From NCBI GenBank assembly GCA_038227875.1, contig JBBRPR010000035.1, positions 22,336-86,335 of the forward strand: 64,000 nt of DNA, in the 5' to 3' direction. Within the stretch, counting starts at the first letter, position 1. Each line of letters starts with the position of its first letter. A model generated the notes under the pieces. That model was not told where the DNA came from, searched no databases, and saw nothing but the letters and a program-made list of their open reading frames with translations. The position numbers and the translations under genes were made by a program. Positions 39,097 to 48,743 of this stretch are shown here, one piece after another. The stretch comes from Planctomycetota bacterium. GTDB lineage: Bacteria > Planctomycetota > SZUA-567 > H5-PLA8.

Positions 39097-40239
39097 CTAC
39101 TTTTGAATTGCTTCCGTCTTCTTCGGCTCGTCTCCCCCGCCCCCGCCCTCTCCCTCTTTCTTCGGTTCGAAGCGGTACGCGGGCTGGCCCATCACCGACG
39201 CGTACAGAATATCATTCACCGGGTCCCACGCGAAGTTGCCGAACCAGCCGCGCTTGTCGTATTTGAATTTCTCCGGGTACGGCGCGATCAGCTTCCAGTG
39301 CTCGCCGCCATCCGTCGTGCGGAAGAGGCCCTCGTGACCGGACACGACCATGTTCTTCTCGTCCTTGCCGAAGTACGGGCCGGTCGACATCTCCACGGGC
39401 GCGCCTTGAATGGCCCATTTCTGGCCCTTGTCCTTGCTCACCAGTAGCCCGCTGGCCGAGGTCCAGTACCCGACGCCTTTGAAGACGCGCATCACGCGGC
39501 CGGACGGTACGATCGTCGAAACTTTTTCCCACGTCGCGCCGCGGTCTTCGCTGCGCTGGATGCCGGGGTCCTTGGTTTTCGCGACGACCAGCGTGCTGTC
39601 GTCGAAGATTCCGATGCAGTCGAAACCGGGGCCGCAGTCCTTCCACGTCTCCGCGCCGTCGAAGCTCATCCAGCCCCAGCTTTTCGTTTCGTGGCGGACG
39701 GCGAAGAGCGTTTTTCCGTCGGTCCAGTCGATGGCACCGTAGTCCATATTGGAGGCCGGCGATTTCACGACTTTGAAACCGTTATCGAAAATCACCGCGC
39801 TCGACCCGGTGGCCATGAAGCACAGCACGTCCTTGCCGGCGGGATTGACGTCGAGCGAGAATCCGGTTTCAGCGCGGCCGGAGACGTTACCCTTGTCGAT
39901 GCGCACGTACGTCGCGCCCTGATCGGAACTGCGCCAGACGCCGTTGTCGGTGACAACGAGGTAGACGTCGCCGGTGGTGCGGTCGCAGGCAATGCCGCCG
40001 GCCTGGCCGGGCCACTTGGTCGGCTTGCCGTTGGTCTTTTCGATCGCAGCGACGAGCTTGTCGGAGATGCTGACCCACTTGCCCGGCGGCGCCTCCAGCT
40101 TTTTGGCCGGCGGCGGAGTTTCACCCGGGGCCAACGGAGGGCCGGGAGTGGCCGGGTCTGGCGGAGGCACCGGCGGGTCGTCGGCGCCGCGTGCTGCGAA
40201 GACCGCGCAGAGCGTGAGCAGAATCGCGAATCGAATCAT
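39097..40239 (-). CDS. Secreted BNR/Asp-box beta-propeller protein
   Basis: Repeated SxDxGxTW boxes (SSDQGATY, SFDGAETW, SEDRGATW, TTDGGEHW). Confidence 0.85.
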   Translation of the reverse strand: MIRFAILLTLCAVFAARGADDPPVPPPDPATPGPPLAPGETPPPAKKLEAPPGKWVSISDKLVAAIEKTNGKPTKWPGQAGGIACDRTTGDVYLVVTDNGVWRSSDQGATYVRIDKGNVSGRAETGFSLDVNPAGKDVLCFMATGSSAVIFDNGFKVVKSPASNMDYGAIDWTDGKTLFAVRHETKSWGWMSFDGAETWKDCGPGFDCIGIFDDSTLVVAKTKDPGIQRSEDRGATWEKVSTIVPSGRVMRVFKGVGYWTSASGLLVSKDKGQKWAIQGAPVEMSTGPYFGKDEKNMVVSGHEGLFRTTDGGEHWKLIAPYPEKFKYDKRGWFGNFAWDPVNDILYASVMGQPAYRFEPKKEGEGGGGGDEPKKTEAIQK

Positions 40240-40354
40240 AGGCTCGCCATTCTCGCTGAGGTGAGGCCGGCAAGCAAGCGGTTGAATCGCTGTCTGACAT
40301 CAACTACGATGAGTTACGTTGTGTTTCGAAACGGGCGCAGGAAGACTTGATCGC

Positions 40355-41146
40355 GTGATCCGTATTGGCTCAGTCCCCTACCTGAATTCGAAGGTGCTCG
40401 TCTACGGCCTTCAGAAATCCACGTCGGAATACACCTTCGAAACACTCGTCCCCAGTTTGCTCGCCGCGAAGCTCCACGCCGGAGAACTCGACGTCGCGCT
40501 GGTCAGCTCGATCGAATACTTCCGCCACCCCGATTACTGCATCCTGCCGGATCTCTCCGTTTCCGGTGTGCGCGAAATGTGGAGCATTCAGTTGTTCTAC
40601 CGCGGCGATTTGAAAGCCGCGCGCCGCGTCGGGCTCGATCCGTCCTCGCAGACGACGAACGGTTTTCTCCAGATCATCCTCTACGAAAAGCTGCAGCTTG
40701 GGATTGAACTCGTGACACTGGCGCTGGGCGAAGACCCGCTCGCGCGCACGGACCTCGACGGTTTTCTGAAAATCGGTGATCCCTGTCTCACCTTCAAGCC
40801 GCCGTCGGGCTACGCGGCGCTGGATCTGACCTCGGAGTGGCATCAATTCACGAATCTGCCGTTCGTCTTCGCGGTATGGCTGGCGCGCAAGGGCGTGGAT
40901 CTGGAGGGCGTTAACAAAACGCTCTTCCTCGCCAAGCGCGAAGGCATGCGCAACATCGACACCATCGCGCGAGCCGAGGCGCCCAAGCTGGGACTGGATC
41001 TGGCCTATACGAAAACCTACATTGGCAAGATCGTGCACTACGACCTGGGACGTGCGGAGCTCGGCGGTCTGGACCTGTTCCGCCGGTACCTTGTCCGCCA
41101 GCGCCTGGTTGAAGAGAGTAAAGGCTTTGAATTTTACACGCGCTGA
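40355..41146 (+). CDS. mqnA: Chorismate dehydratase (futalosine pathway)
   Basis: RIGSVPYLN, IGD, W...T.LPFVFAVW motifs; adjacent to mqnC. Confidence 0.9.
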   Translation: MIRIGSVPYLNSKVLVYGLQKSTSEYTFETLVPSLLAAKLHAGELDVALVSSIEYFRHPDYCILPDLSVSGVREMWSIQLFYRGDLKAARRVGLDPSSQTTNGFLQIILYEKLQLGIELVTLALGEDPLARTDLDGFLKIGDPCLTFKPPSGYAALDLTSEWHQFTNLPFVFAVWLARKGVDLEGVNKTLFLAKREGMRNIDTIARAEAPKLGLDLAYTKTYIGKIVHYDLGRAELGGLDLFRRYLVRQRLVEESKGFEFYTR

Positions 41147-41182
41147 ATATACCACGCGCGGCAAGCAAGGAGCAGTGAAGCG

Positions 41183-42283
41183 ATGAGCACCGACAGTGGC
41201 GTGCAGAAGATTCTCGACAAGGCAATCGGCGGCGAGCGCATCACGTTCGACGACGGCGTCGCGCTGATGGAGCGCGCGGATTTGAATTCCCTCGGTCGCG
41301 CCGCGCTGGCCGTGCGACAGCGGCTTCATCCGGAATCGATCGCGACCTACGTCATCGACCGGAACATCAATTACACGAACATCTGCGTTGCCGACTGCGA
41401 TTTCTGCGCGTTCTACCGCAGGCCCGGCGATCCGGAAGAATATGTGCTGCCGCGCGAGCAGCTCTATCAGAAGATCCGCGAGCTCCGTGAGATCGGCGGC
41501 ACGCAGATCCTGATGCAGGGCGGCCACCATCCGTATTTGAAGCTCGATTGGTACGAAGCGCTATTGCGCGACATCCGCCAGACGTTCCCCGACATCCACG
41601 TCCATGCGTTTTCGCCCAGCGAGATCGTCCACTTCTCGCACATTTTCAAAATGCCCGTGCGGGAAGTGATCAAGAAATTGAAAGCTGCCGGTCTGCATTC
41701 GATTCCCGGCGGCGGCGGCGAAATTCTCGTCGACCGCGTCCGCAACATCATCGCGCCGAAAAAAGCGATGACCGACGACTGGCTGGGCGTGATGATCGAC
41801 GCCGCGAAGGAAGGCCTGAAGGGCTCGTGTACGATGGTGGTCGGCCACTTCGAAACGCTCCGCGAACGCGTCGAACATCTCGAACGGTTGCGCAGAGCGC
41901 AAGACGAGTTCAATCCGTTCAGCGCGTTCATCGTCTGGACGATGCAGCCGAAGCACACCAAGCTGGAAGGCCGCGTCGACGCCGCCGGTTCGTTCGAATA
42001 TCTGCGCAGCCTCGCCGTCGCGCGTATTTACCTCGACAACGTGCCAAACGTGCAGTCCAGCTGGGTGACGCAGGGCGCGAAGATCGGGCAGCTCAGCTTC
42101 CTCTACGGCTGCAACGATTGGGGCGGTTTGATGATGGAAGAGAACGTCGTCAGCCAGGCCGGCACAGTCCATGACGTTCAGATCGAGCAGATGAAAGCGC
42201 TGAGCGCTGATATCGGACTGACGTTGCGCAAACGCAACTTCTTCTATCAGCTCATCGACGAACCGCAACCCAGCGCGGCCTAA
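41183..42283 (+). CDS. mqnC: Cyclic dehypoxanthine futalosine synthase (radical SAM)
   Basis: TYVIDRNINYTNICVADCDFCAFYR, QGGHHP, SIPGGGGEIL, QSSWVTQG, MEENVV motifs. Confidence 0.92.
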   Translation: MSTDSGVQKILDKAIGGERITFDDGVALMERADLNSLGRAALAVRQRLHPESIATYVIDRNINYTNICVADCDFCAFYRRPGDPEEYVLPREQLYQKIRELREIGGTQILMQGGHHPYLKLDWYEALLRDIRQTFPDIHVHAFSPSEIVHFSHIFKMPVREVIKKLKAAGLHSIPGGGGEILVDRVRNIIAPKKAMTDDWLGVMIDAAKEGLKGSCTMVVGHFETLRERVEHLERLRRAQDEFNPFSAFIVWTMQPKHTKLEGRVDAAGSFEYLRSLAVARIYLDNVPNVQSSWVTQGAKIGQLSFLYGCNDWGGLMMEENVVSQAGTVHDVQIEQMKALSADIGLTLRKRNFFYQLIDEPQPSAA

Positions 42284-42383
42284 CATTCAGGCCAGCTGGC
42301 CTGAATGTTCGACAACCACAACTAATGGTAGAGTTGTACCTGAAGTACAGCTTATGGACGATTGTCCCTAAGGTCATTTGACG

Positions 42384-42414
42384 AAAAACGCGCCGCAAAT
42401 TGCGGCGCGTTTTT
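42384..42414. terminator. Bidirectional terminator between mqnC and the ThuA gene
   Basis: AAAAACGCGCCGC-AAATT-GCGGCGCGTTTTT. Confidence 0.8.
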
Positions 42415-42435
42415 CTCAGTCCTCAGTCCTATCCC

Positions 42436-43155
42436 TTAAAGAATACTCTTGTGGTGATCGTACTTCACCGGCGGCGCGCCGCAGGGGGCGGCCCAGCGGA
42501 TGCCGTTGGTGATCACCGTGCGAATATTCTTGTCGAAGTACGTCGGGTACGTTTCGTGCCCGGGGCGGAAGTAGAAAATCTTCCCTGCGCCGCGCTGAAA
42601 CGTCACGCCGCTGCGGAAGACTTCGCCGCCTTCAAACCAGCTGATGAAGACCGTCTCCTCCGGCTCCGGAATGTCGAAGTGTTCGCCGTACATTTCTTCG
42701 GCCGGCAGCACGAAATGATCCTCGATGCCCTGCGTGATCGGGTGGCCGGGCTTGGTGACCCAGAGAATTTCTTTCTTGTCGTCTTCGCGCCATTTGAGGC
42801 TGCAGCTGGTGCCCATCAACAGTTTGAACGGCTTTGAATAATGCGCGGAATGGAGCGCGATCAGGCCCATGCCTTTCTGCACGCGCTGCTGCACTTTCGC
42901 GGCGATTTTATCGTCGACGTCGCCGTGAGCCGTGTGGCCCCACCACGTCAGCACATCGGTGTTGGCGAGGACTTCATCGGTCAGGCCGTGGCTGGGTTCG
43001 TCGAGCGTCGCGGTGCGGACTTCCAAATCGGCCTGCGTGCGCAGATGCTCGGCGATCGCCTCGTGCATGCCTTTGGGATAAACCTCGGCGACTTTTTTGT
43101 TCTTCTTCTCGTGGCGGTACTCGTGCCAAACCGTCACGCGAATCTTTTTGGACAT
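42436..43155 (-). CDS. thuA: ThuA-domain (trehalose utilisation) protein
   Basis: VTVWHEYRHE, WWGHTAH, LHSAHYSK, GGEVFRSG, RPGHETYP motifs. Confidence 0.9.
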   Translation of the reverse strand: MSKKIRVTVWHEYRHEKKNKKVAEVYPKGMHEAIAEHLRTQADLEVRTATLDEPSHGLTDEVLANTDVLTWWGHTAHGDVDDKIAAKVQQRVQKGMGLIALHSAHYSKPFKLLMGTSCSLKWREDDKKEILWVTKPGHPITQGIEDHFVLPAEEMYGEHFDIPEPEETVFISWFEGGEVFRSGVTFQRGAGKIFYFRPGHETYPTYFDKNIRTVITNGIRWAAPCGAPPVKYDHHKSIL

Positions 43156-43324
43156 GACTTTCTCCTGGAGGGTGAATGAATGTGTCCCATTGAGTGGACA
43201 GCCGGTTACGATGTACCGAAATGCTAAGGATTTGAGAAAATGTTACCACACACAAAAATTATCCGCACCGTTCCCGTCCTCTTTGGCGAGGGCCAGCAGA
43301 GCGCCGAGCACCCCGAGGTTGGGC

Positions 43325-43921
43325 ATGGGAATGGGAACACTGATCGCAACACGATGGGCGGGCGCCACGAACGTGGCTGACACCGGCCCACGCTCCCCCC
43401 GGCCGCTGGCGCGCGCGGAGTTCGAGCGTCTGGCGCTCGAGCATCGCGGCCGGGCGTTCCGCTTTGCGCTCGCGTATCAGGGCGACCGCGATGTGGCGGA
43501 AGACCTGGTCCAGGAGGCGCTGGCCCGTTTGTACGAGCGCCGGGAGCAGTACCCGCTTGCTACGCATTTCGGACCGTACCTGGTGAAGATGATCGCGCGG
43601 CTGTGCATCGATGAAAAGCGGTCCCGCTCCGTCCGCGAACGGCGCGAGCCGGAACGCCACCGCGCGCGGATGCAGCCGGACGATCCGTCGCAGCATGCCG
43701 TGCGCCAGGAACGTGCTCAGATTTTACAGCAGGCGATCGGCCAGTTGCCGGAACGCGAACGCGCCTGCCTGCTGCTGACGGTGTGTGAAGGATTGTCGTA
43801 CCGCGAGGCCGCCGATGCGCTCTCGCTCTCCCTGGCGGAAGTGAACAACGCCGTTTACCGCGCGCGCATGGCTTTGCGTGCGCAGTTGGGACCGATATTG
43901 ACCGGAGAAGGCGGCGCCTGA
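43325..43921 (+). CDS. ECF RNA polymerase sigma factor
   Basis: AEDLVQEA (region 2); LPERERACLLL...EGLSYREAA (region 4). Confidence 0.9.
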   Translation: MGMGTLIATRWAGATNVADTGPRSPRPLARAEFERLALEHRGRAFRFALAYQGDRDVAEDLVQEALARLYERREQYPLATHFGPYLVKMIARLCIDEKRSRSVRERREPERHRARMQPDDPSQHAVRQERAQILQQAIGQLPERERACLLLTVCEGLSYREAADALSLSLAEVNNAVYRARMALRAQLGPILTGEGGA

Positions 43922-43957
43922 GCGCGCGCCTGACTTCAGACGGAGAGGAAACTGACC

Positions 43958-45079
43958 ATGTCTGCTTTGCATGATGATACGACCGGCGCGCAACTCAGTG
44001 CGTGGCTCGACCACGAACTGCCCGCCGATGAAGCTTTCAAAATGGAGACGGCCGTGCAGCTCGACGGTACGTTGCGCAAATCGGCCGCGGAATTCCGGCA
44101 GTGCGATGCGCTGCTGCGGGAGTGGTACGCGGACCTGCCGGCCGAAGAATCCGCGCGCCCGCTTGCGTTTCCGCTGGCGACGGCGGGAAAATCGCGGCGC
44201 GCGGCGCGCTGGGCGTTCTTCTCGGCCGCCGGCGTCGCTGTCGCGGCGGTGGCGATTGTGCTCTTCGCGTTTCCGTCGCTGCAGGGACGGCATGCGCAGA
44301 CGCTGGCTCAATACGCGATGGACAAGACGGCCGAAGCGCTCTCGCGAACCAGGGGCATGACCGCCGACGTTCACGTGGCGATCGTGCGGCACCTCGACAC
44401 GCCCGACGAAAATGGAAATACCGAGGAAAAGCGCACCGCCAGCGGGCGCATCACGTTTGCCAATATCGCCGCGCCGCGCTTGAAGTTCATCAGCACCGAG
44501 CATTGGGACGCCGTCGGCAAGGAGATGCCACTGACGCGCGAATGGGGACAGAGCGACGACGAGCAGTGGCTCTCGGAGTCGCAGGGTGGCAGCACCAATG
44601 CCTTCAGTCTGCAACAGACATTCGCTACAGATGATCAGACTCCGCTGGTGACGTTCAGTGGTGACCGCGACGACGGTTCGCCGGTGGACGTGCGGACGCG
44701 CCAGGCCGTCGAAGGGCTAGCCACGCTGGTGCGGAGTTTTTCGCGCGACCGGTTTCTCTCGTGGATGGGCTGCCAGTGGACTTTTGCCGGCGGCACGGGC
44801 GTGAAGGGCGACGCGTGGCTGTACACCGTCCAGCCGTTCGCCAAAAACGGCGCCACTGCGAGCCCCACGGTCTGGACGCTGCGCCTGTGGTCCGGCCGCG
44901 CCGATGGCGTGATCGATGGCGTCGACCTGGAAGAATCGGTGTCGAACGCGGCGACCGGGGCGCTGGAGCAATCGTTCCGGACTACGTACAGCCTGAAGCT
45001 TTCGGATGTCGAATTGGAGACGAGTCACGTTGACAAGGACGCGGCGCCAGCGGCCAGCAAAGATGACGGCGGATTTTAA
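43958..45079 (+). CDS. Putative transmembrane anti-sigma factor
   Basis: LSAWLDHEL N-terminus, single TM segment, follows the ECF sigma gene. Confidence 0.75.
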   Translation: MSALHDDTTGAQLSAWLDHELPADEAFKMETAVQLDGTLRKSAAEFRQCDALLREWYADLPAEESARPLAFPLATAGKSRRAARWAFFSAAGVAVAAVAIVLFAFPSLQGRHAQTLAQYAMDKTAEALSRTRGMTADVHVAIVRHLDTPDENGNTEEKRTASGRITFANIAAPRLKFISTEHWDAVGKEMPLTREWGQSDDEQWLSESQGGSTNAFSLQQTFATDDQTPLVTFSGDRDDGSPVDVRTRQAVEGLATLVRSFSRDRFLSWMGCQWTFAGGTGVKGDAWLYTVQPFAKNGATASPTVWTLRLWSGRADGVIDGVDLEESVSNAATGALEQSFRTTYSLKLSDVELETSHVDKDAAPAASKDDGGF

Positions 45080-45117
45080 CTCAGCTACGATTACACTTTT
45101 TGCGGGGAGGAAATGCA

Positions 45118-46959
45118 ATGCGGGTGCACGAAAAATGGATCGCTTTAATCCTGCTGGCCGCGCTGCTGGGCATTCGAGCCGGTGCGGAAGAACTTACGTA
45201 CACGCCGGAACAGTTGGCGGAGATTCGGGCCATTGCCAGCAAGCATATGGGCAAAAAAATGGCGGCGATGTCCCGCGAGGACGACGCCGCGCTGGGGAAA
45301 GCCGTGCCTATCGTCAGCACGGACAAGGACTCGCTTGCGTTGAACGGTTTCGGGATACCCGGTGGGAGATTCGGCAACTCCGACGCACTACAGTGCGAAC
45401 AGGGACTCTTAACCGTCTCGAACTCGACGTATTTCAATCAGCGCTACCTTAGATTCGCGTTCGATCCCACGCGTACGTTCGCCGTGGTGATCAAGGAACA
45501 GATCGACGACATGGCACCGTACCTGGCCATGAAAAGCATGACTCCGGCGTTGCGTCAGAACCTTCAGTCGCAGCTCGACATATTGAACCGGGTACACTCG
45601 CAGTCCGAGCTGCAGGTTCATCAGACACTGCAAATGTACGGCCAGAGGCTGACGGGTAACAATGCCATGACCCCTGCCCAGTCCAGCGCTCTGGCGGCGT
45701 TGATGGAACATCGCCAGGTGATGATTGAAGACCTCCAGAAACTCGCGGCTGCTCATCAGAAATCACCCCACGACGCGGCGCTGGAAGCGAAACTGTTCGC
45801 GAAGTACGACGAGTATTCGAAATCGACCAGGAGCAGTCTGCTGACGAACAAGGAATTTTGGTCGCCGGGCCAGCGTCGGGCATTGGGGCTCGATCCCGAT
45901 CCCAACGCCAAGCCTCGCCAACATACGGTGGTATCGTCCAGCGCCAGTGCAAGTTCGAGTGCCTCGTCGGGAGGCGACGAAGAGATTGCGGACGCCGCGG
46001 CGCGGGCGTCCAAATACGAGGCCGAGGAGAAAGCACGCCAGAAAAGGCACCGCGACGAAGCGAAAATAAAGTTCGCGCTCAAGGGCACGGACGCGCTCAC
46101 GCTCTCCGTTTCGGTCGACTGCCCCAACGGCACACTGTGGCTGTACGCCGATGCGTTACCCGACAATTCCGGCGCAAGTTACACCGTGTACCTCGATGAA
46201 TCCGACACGTGGGCCAAACAAAAAGAGGATTGGAAGAAGAACTACGATCTATCAAAGCCTGACCAGGCCGCCGCCGCGCAGCGGCTGGAAACAGCTACGA
46301 GCAAAGCCTTCTTTTCGTGGAGCCAACCCGTCGAGGAGCTGAGAAAGAAAACGCAGTCAGTGCCCGACGATGTCCAGCAGCGACTCACGGCGATGATCAA
46401 GGAACTCGACGCCGCCGCCGCGGCCGCGCAGCAGCTCTATCAACAGACGCTTGCGAAGCCGGCGGATGCCGCGCTGCAACGGCAGCTCTTCGAAGCCGTG
46501 AGAACCGCCTGCATTATCGATCGCAAAAACAGCGCGCTGACCATGCGCAGCGCCTACGATGAAGAAGGCGTGCGCGACGATCTTCCGTGGCTGCTGAATC
46601 TCGATCAAAGCGACGTAGCAGCCTCCGGGCAGCTCAGCACCGCCAGCGAGATGAGTGGCGGCAGCCGTGGTTCGATCTCCGTCTCCGCGCGACCGGCCGG
46701 CGATAAGCAGTATGTGGGCATCAATGCCTCGAGCGCCACAGTGGGGAGTCTGGCCGACGAGGTGGAACACGCCGCGCGCAAGTATTTTCACAACCACAAG
46801 CTCAAGCTGACCGTCGATGCAGCTGCTTCCGACAAGCCGCTGAAAGGAATCGTCGAAGGCAAGTCGCCCGAGGAGCTGTTCAAATCTTTCGCGCAACGCG
46901 CCGGAGTGAACATGGTCAAGGACGAGAAAAATCCGGATGCGTACGTGCTGAAGCTCTAG
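45118..46959 (+). CDS. Secreted hypothetical protein
   Basis: Signal peptide; SD GAGG. Confidence 0.7.
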   Translation: MRVHEKWIALILLAALLGIRAGAEELTYTPEQLAEIRAIASKHMGKKMAAMSREDDAALGKAVPIVSTDKDSLALNGFGIPGGRFGNSDALQCEQGLLTVSNSTYFNQRYLRFAFDPTRTFAVVIKEQIDDMAPYLAMKSMTPALRQNLQSQLDILNRVHSQSELQVHQTLQMYGQRLTGNNAMTPAQSSALAALMEHRQVMIEDLQKLAAAHQKSPHDAALEAKLFAKYDEYSKSTRSSLLTNKEFWSPGQRRALGLDPDPNAKPRQHTVVSSSASASSSASSGGDEEIADAAARASKYEAEEKARQKRHRDEAKIKFALKGTDALTLSVSVDCPNGTLWLYADALPDNSGASYTVYLDESDTWAKQKEDWKKNYDLSKPDQAAAAQRLETATSKAFFSWSQPVEELRKKTQSVPDDVQQRLTAMIKELDAAAAAAQQLYQQTLAKPADAALQRQLFEAVRTACIIDRKNSALTMRSAYDEEGVRDDLPWLLNLDQSDVAASGQLSTASEMSGGSRGSISVSARPAGDKQYVGINASSATVGSLADEVEHAARKYFHNHKLKLTVDAAASDKPLKGIVEGKSPEELFKSFAQRAGVNMVKDEKNPDAYVLKL

Positions 46960-47033
46960 TCACCGTTGCGGCGGTGCGTTTATGAACTTCGACTTCTCAC
47001 TCGATTCGCGCCGCGATCCATTGCGGCGCGAAA

Positions 47034-48743
47034 TTATTTATTCGGTTCTGGAGCAGGAGTCGGCGTAGGTGCCGGCGCGGGCTTCGGAGCGTCCGGGGCA
47101 GGCGTGACCTTCGGTGATTCCGGAGCGGGCGTGTTCGGCGCGTGGCCCGGCGGGAAAAGCGAACTGGCCGGGACCGGCGGCGGCGGAGCGGGCACGCCTT
47201 CGGCGGGCGCGCTGATCGCGGCGCCGCCATTGGGACCACTAATGGGAACGGGCGCGACTTCGGTCTGATTGACGCTCAAGCCACAGCCGCAGCTGGAATC
47301 CCAACCACCACCGAGCGCCTTGATCAAACGGACCGTGGCGATCTGACGCTGGCCGAGGACCTGCGTGGCCTGTTCTTCGACCACCAACTGCTGGCGCTGC
47401 GCGTCGACCACGTCCAGGAAACTGACCTGTCCATTTTCGTAGCGCGTGTTGGCGAGCTTGGTGACCATGCGGGCGGATTCGATGGCGTCGTTGAGCGCCT
47501 TGGCCTGTTCGGCGCGCAGACGGATGTCAACCAGTGCGTCTTCGACGTCCTTGAAGGCCACAAGCACCTGCTGGCGGTAGACGGCGAGTTGTTCGTCGTA
47601 ACGCGCCTTGGCGGCCTCCAAGTTCGCGCGGTTGCGGCCGCCGGTGAAGACCGGCTGCGCCAGATTCGCGGCAAACGTCCAGACCGTACTGGGCCAGTTG
47701 AACAGCTTGCTGAGTTCCGCGCTTTCAAAGCCGCCGGAACTGGTCAACGAGAAGCGCGGATAGTACGCGGCCTTGGCCACGCCGATTTCTTCGCTGAACG
47801 CCGCGAGCAGCCGTTCGGCGTGCGCGACATCGGGGCGGCGCAGCAGCAGCGTCGACGGCAGGCCGGCCGGCACTTCCGGCGGAGCGTCGGTCAGCGGTTT
47901 GAACTCGATCTTGAAATCCGAGGCGTTCTTGCCGCAGAGGATCGAGATGACGTTGGAGATCTCTTCGCGCTGCCGTTTGACGTCGGCGAGGCTTGCTTGA
48001 GTCGTGAACACGTCGGTCTTGGCGCGGTTGACGTCGAGTGCATCGACGACGCCGTACTTGAATTGATTGGTGACGAGTTTCAGCGATTCGTTGCGCAGAT
48101 CGAGTGAACGTTCCAGCACGTTGATCTCGGCGTCGAGCGCGCGCAGCAGGAAGTAATTCGCGGCAACGTCGCTGGTGACGGAGAGAATGATCGTGTGGTA
48201 GTCGGCGACGCTGGCTTCAGCGCGCGCGCCTTCGGCGGCGTACTGGCGGCGGATGCGGCCCCAGACGTCGGCTTCGTAGGACAAATTGAGCGGCACGATG
48301 AAATTATTGTGCGGTTCGCGAAGGCCGGGGACAGTCTTGCCGCCGCTGCCGGGCGAAAAGCCGTTGCGCGATTCTTCGCTGCGGGTGAAGCCGGGGTTGG
48401 CGGAGATCTGCGGATAAAAATCGGCCTTGGCAATGCGTGCCAGCGCCCGCGCCTGATCCACGCGCGCGACGGCGGCCTTGATATCCTGGTTGGCTTCCAG
48501 CGCCACGGATTCCAGATCGTTGAGCACCGGATCGTTGAAGACCTGCCACGCGGGACCGGATTGAGCAATGTCCTGCAGTGCGGCTTTCTTCCACTTCCAG
48601 TCCGCCGGAGTTTCACTGACCGGGCGCACATAGTCGGGTCCCACGCGGCAACCGCAGAGCGTCAGGCTCAGTGCACCGACCGCCATACACGCGCGAAGAT
48701 TGACTTTCTTGCTCGACCATCCAGGAAAGAAACGCTTCATCAT
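47034..48743 (-). CDS. RND outer-membrane factor (NodT/OprM-type lipoprotein)
   Basis: Lipobox LCGC-RVGPDY; LLRRPDV; LIKALGGGW motifs. Confidence 0.95.
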   Translation of the reverse strand: MMKRFFPGWSSKKVNLRACMAVGALSLTLCGCRVGPDYVRPVSETPADWKWKKAALQDIAQSGPAWQVFNDPVLNDLESVALEANQDIKAAVARVDQARALARIAKADFYPQISANPGFTRSEESRNGFSPGSGGKTVPGLREPHNNFIVPLNLSYEADVWGRIRRQYAAEGARAEASVADYHTIILSVTSDVAANYFLLRALDAEINVLERSLDLRNESLKLVTNQFKYGVVDALDVNRAKTDVFTTQASLADVKRQREEISNVISILCGKNASDFKIEFKPLTDAPPEVPAGLPSTLLLRRPDVAHAERLLAAFSEEIGVAKAAYYPRFSLTSSGGFESAELSKLFNWPSTVWTFAANLAQPVFTGGRNRANLEAAKARYDEQLAVYRQQVLVAFKDVEDALVDIRLRAEQAKALNDAIESARMVTKLANTRYENGQVSFLDVVDAQRQQLVVEEQATQVLGQRQIATVRLIKALGGGWDSSCGCGLSVNQTEVAPVPISGPNGGAAISAPAEGVPAPPPPVPASSLFPPGHAPNTPAPESPKVTPAPDAPKPAPAPTPTPAPEPNK

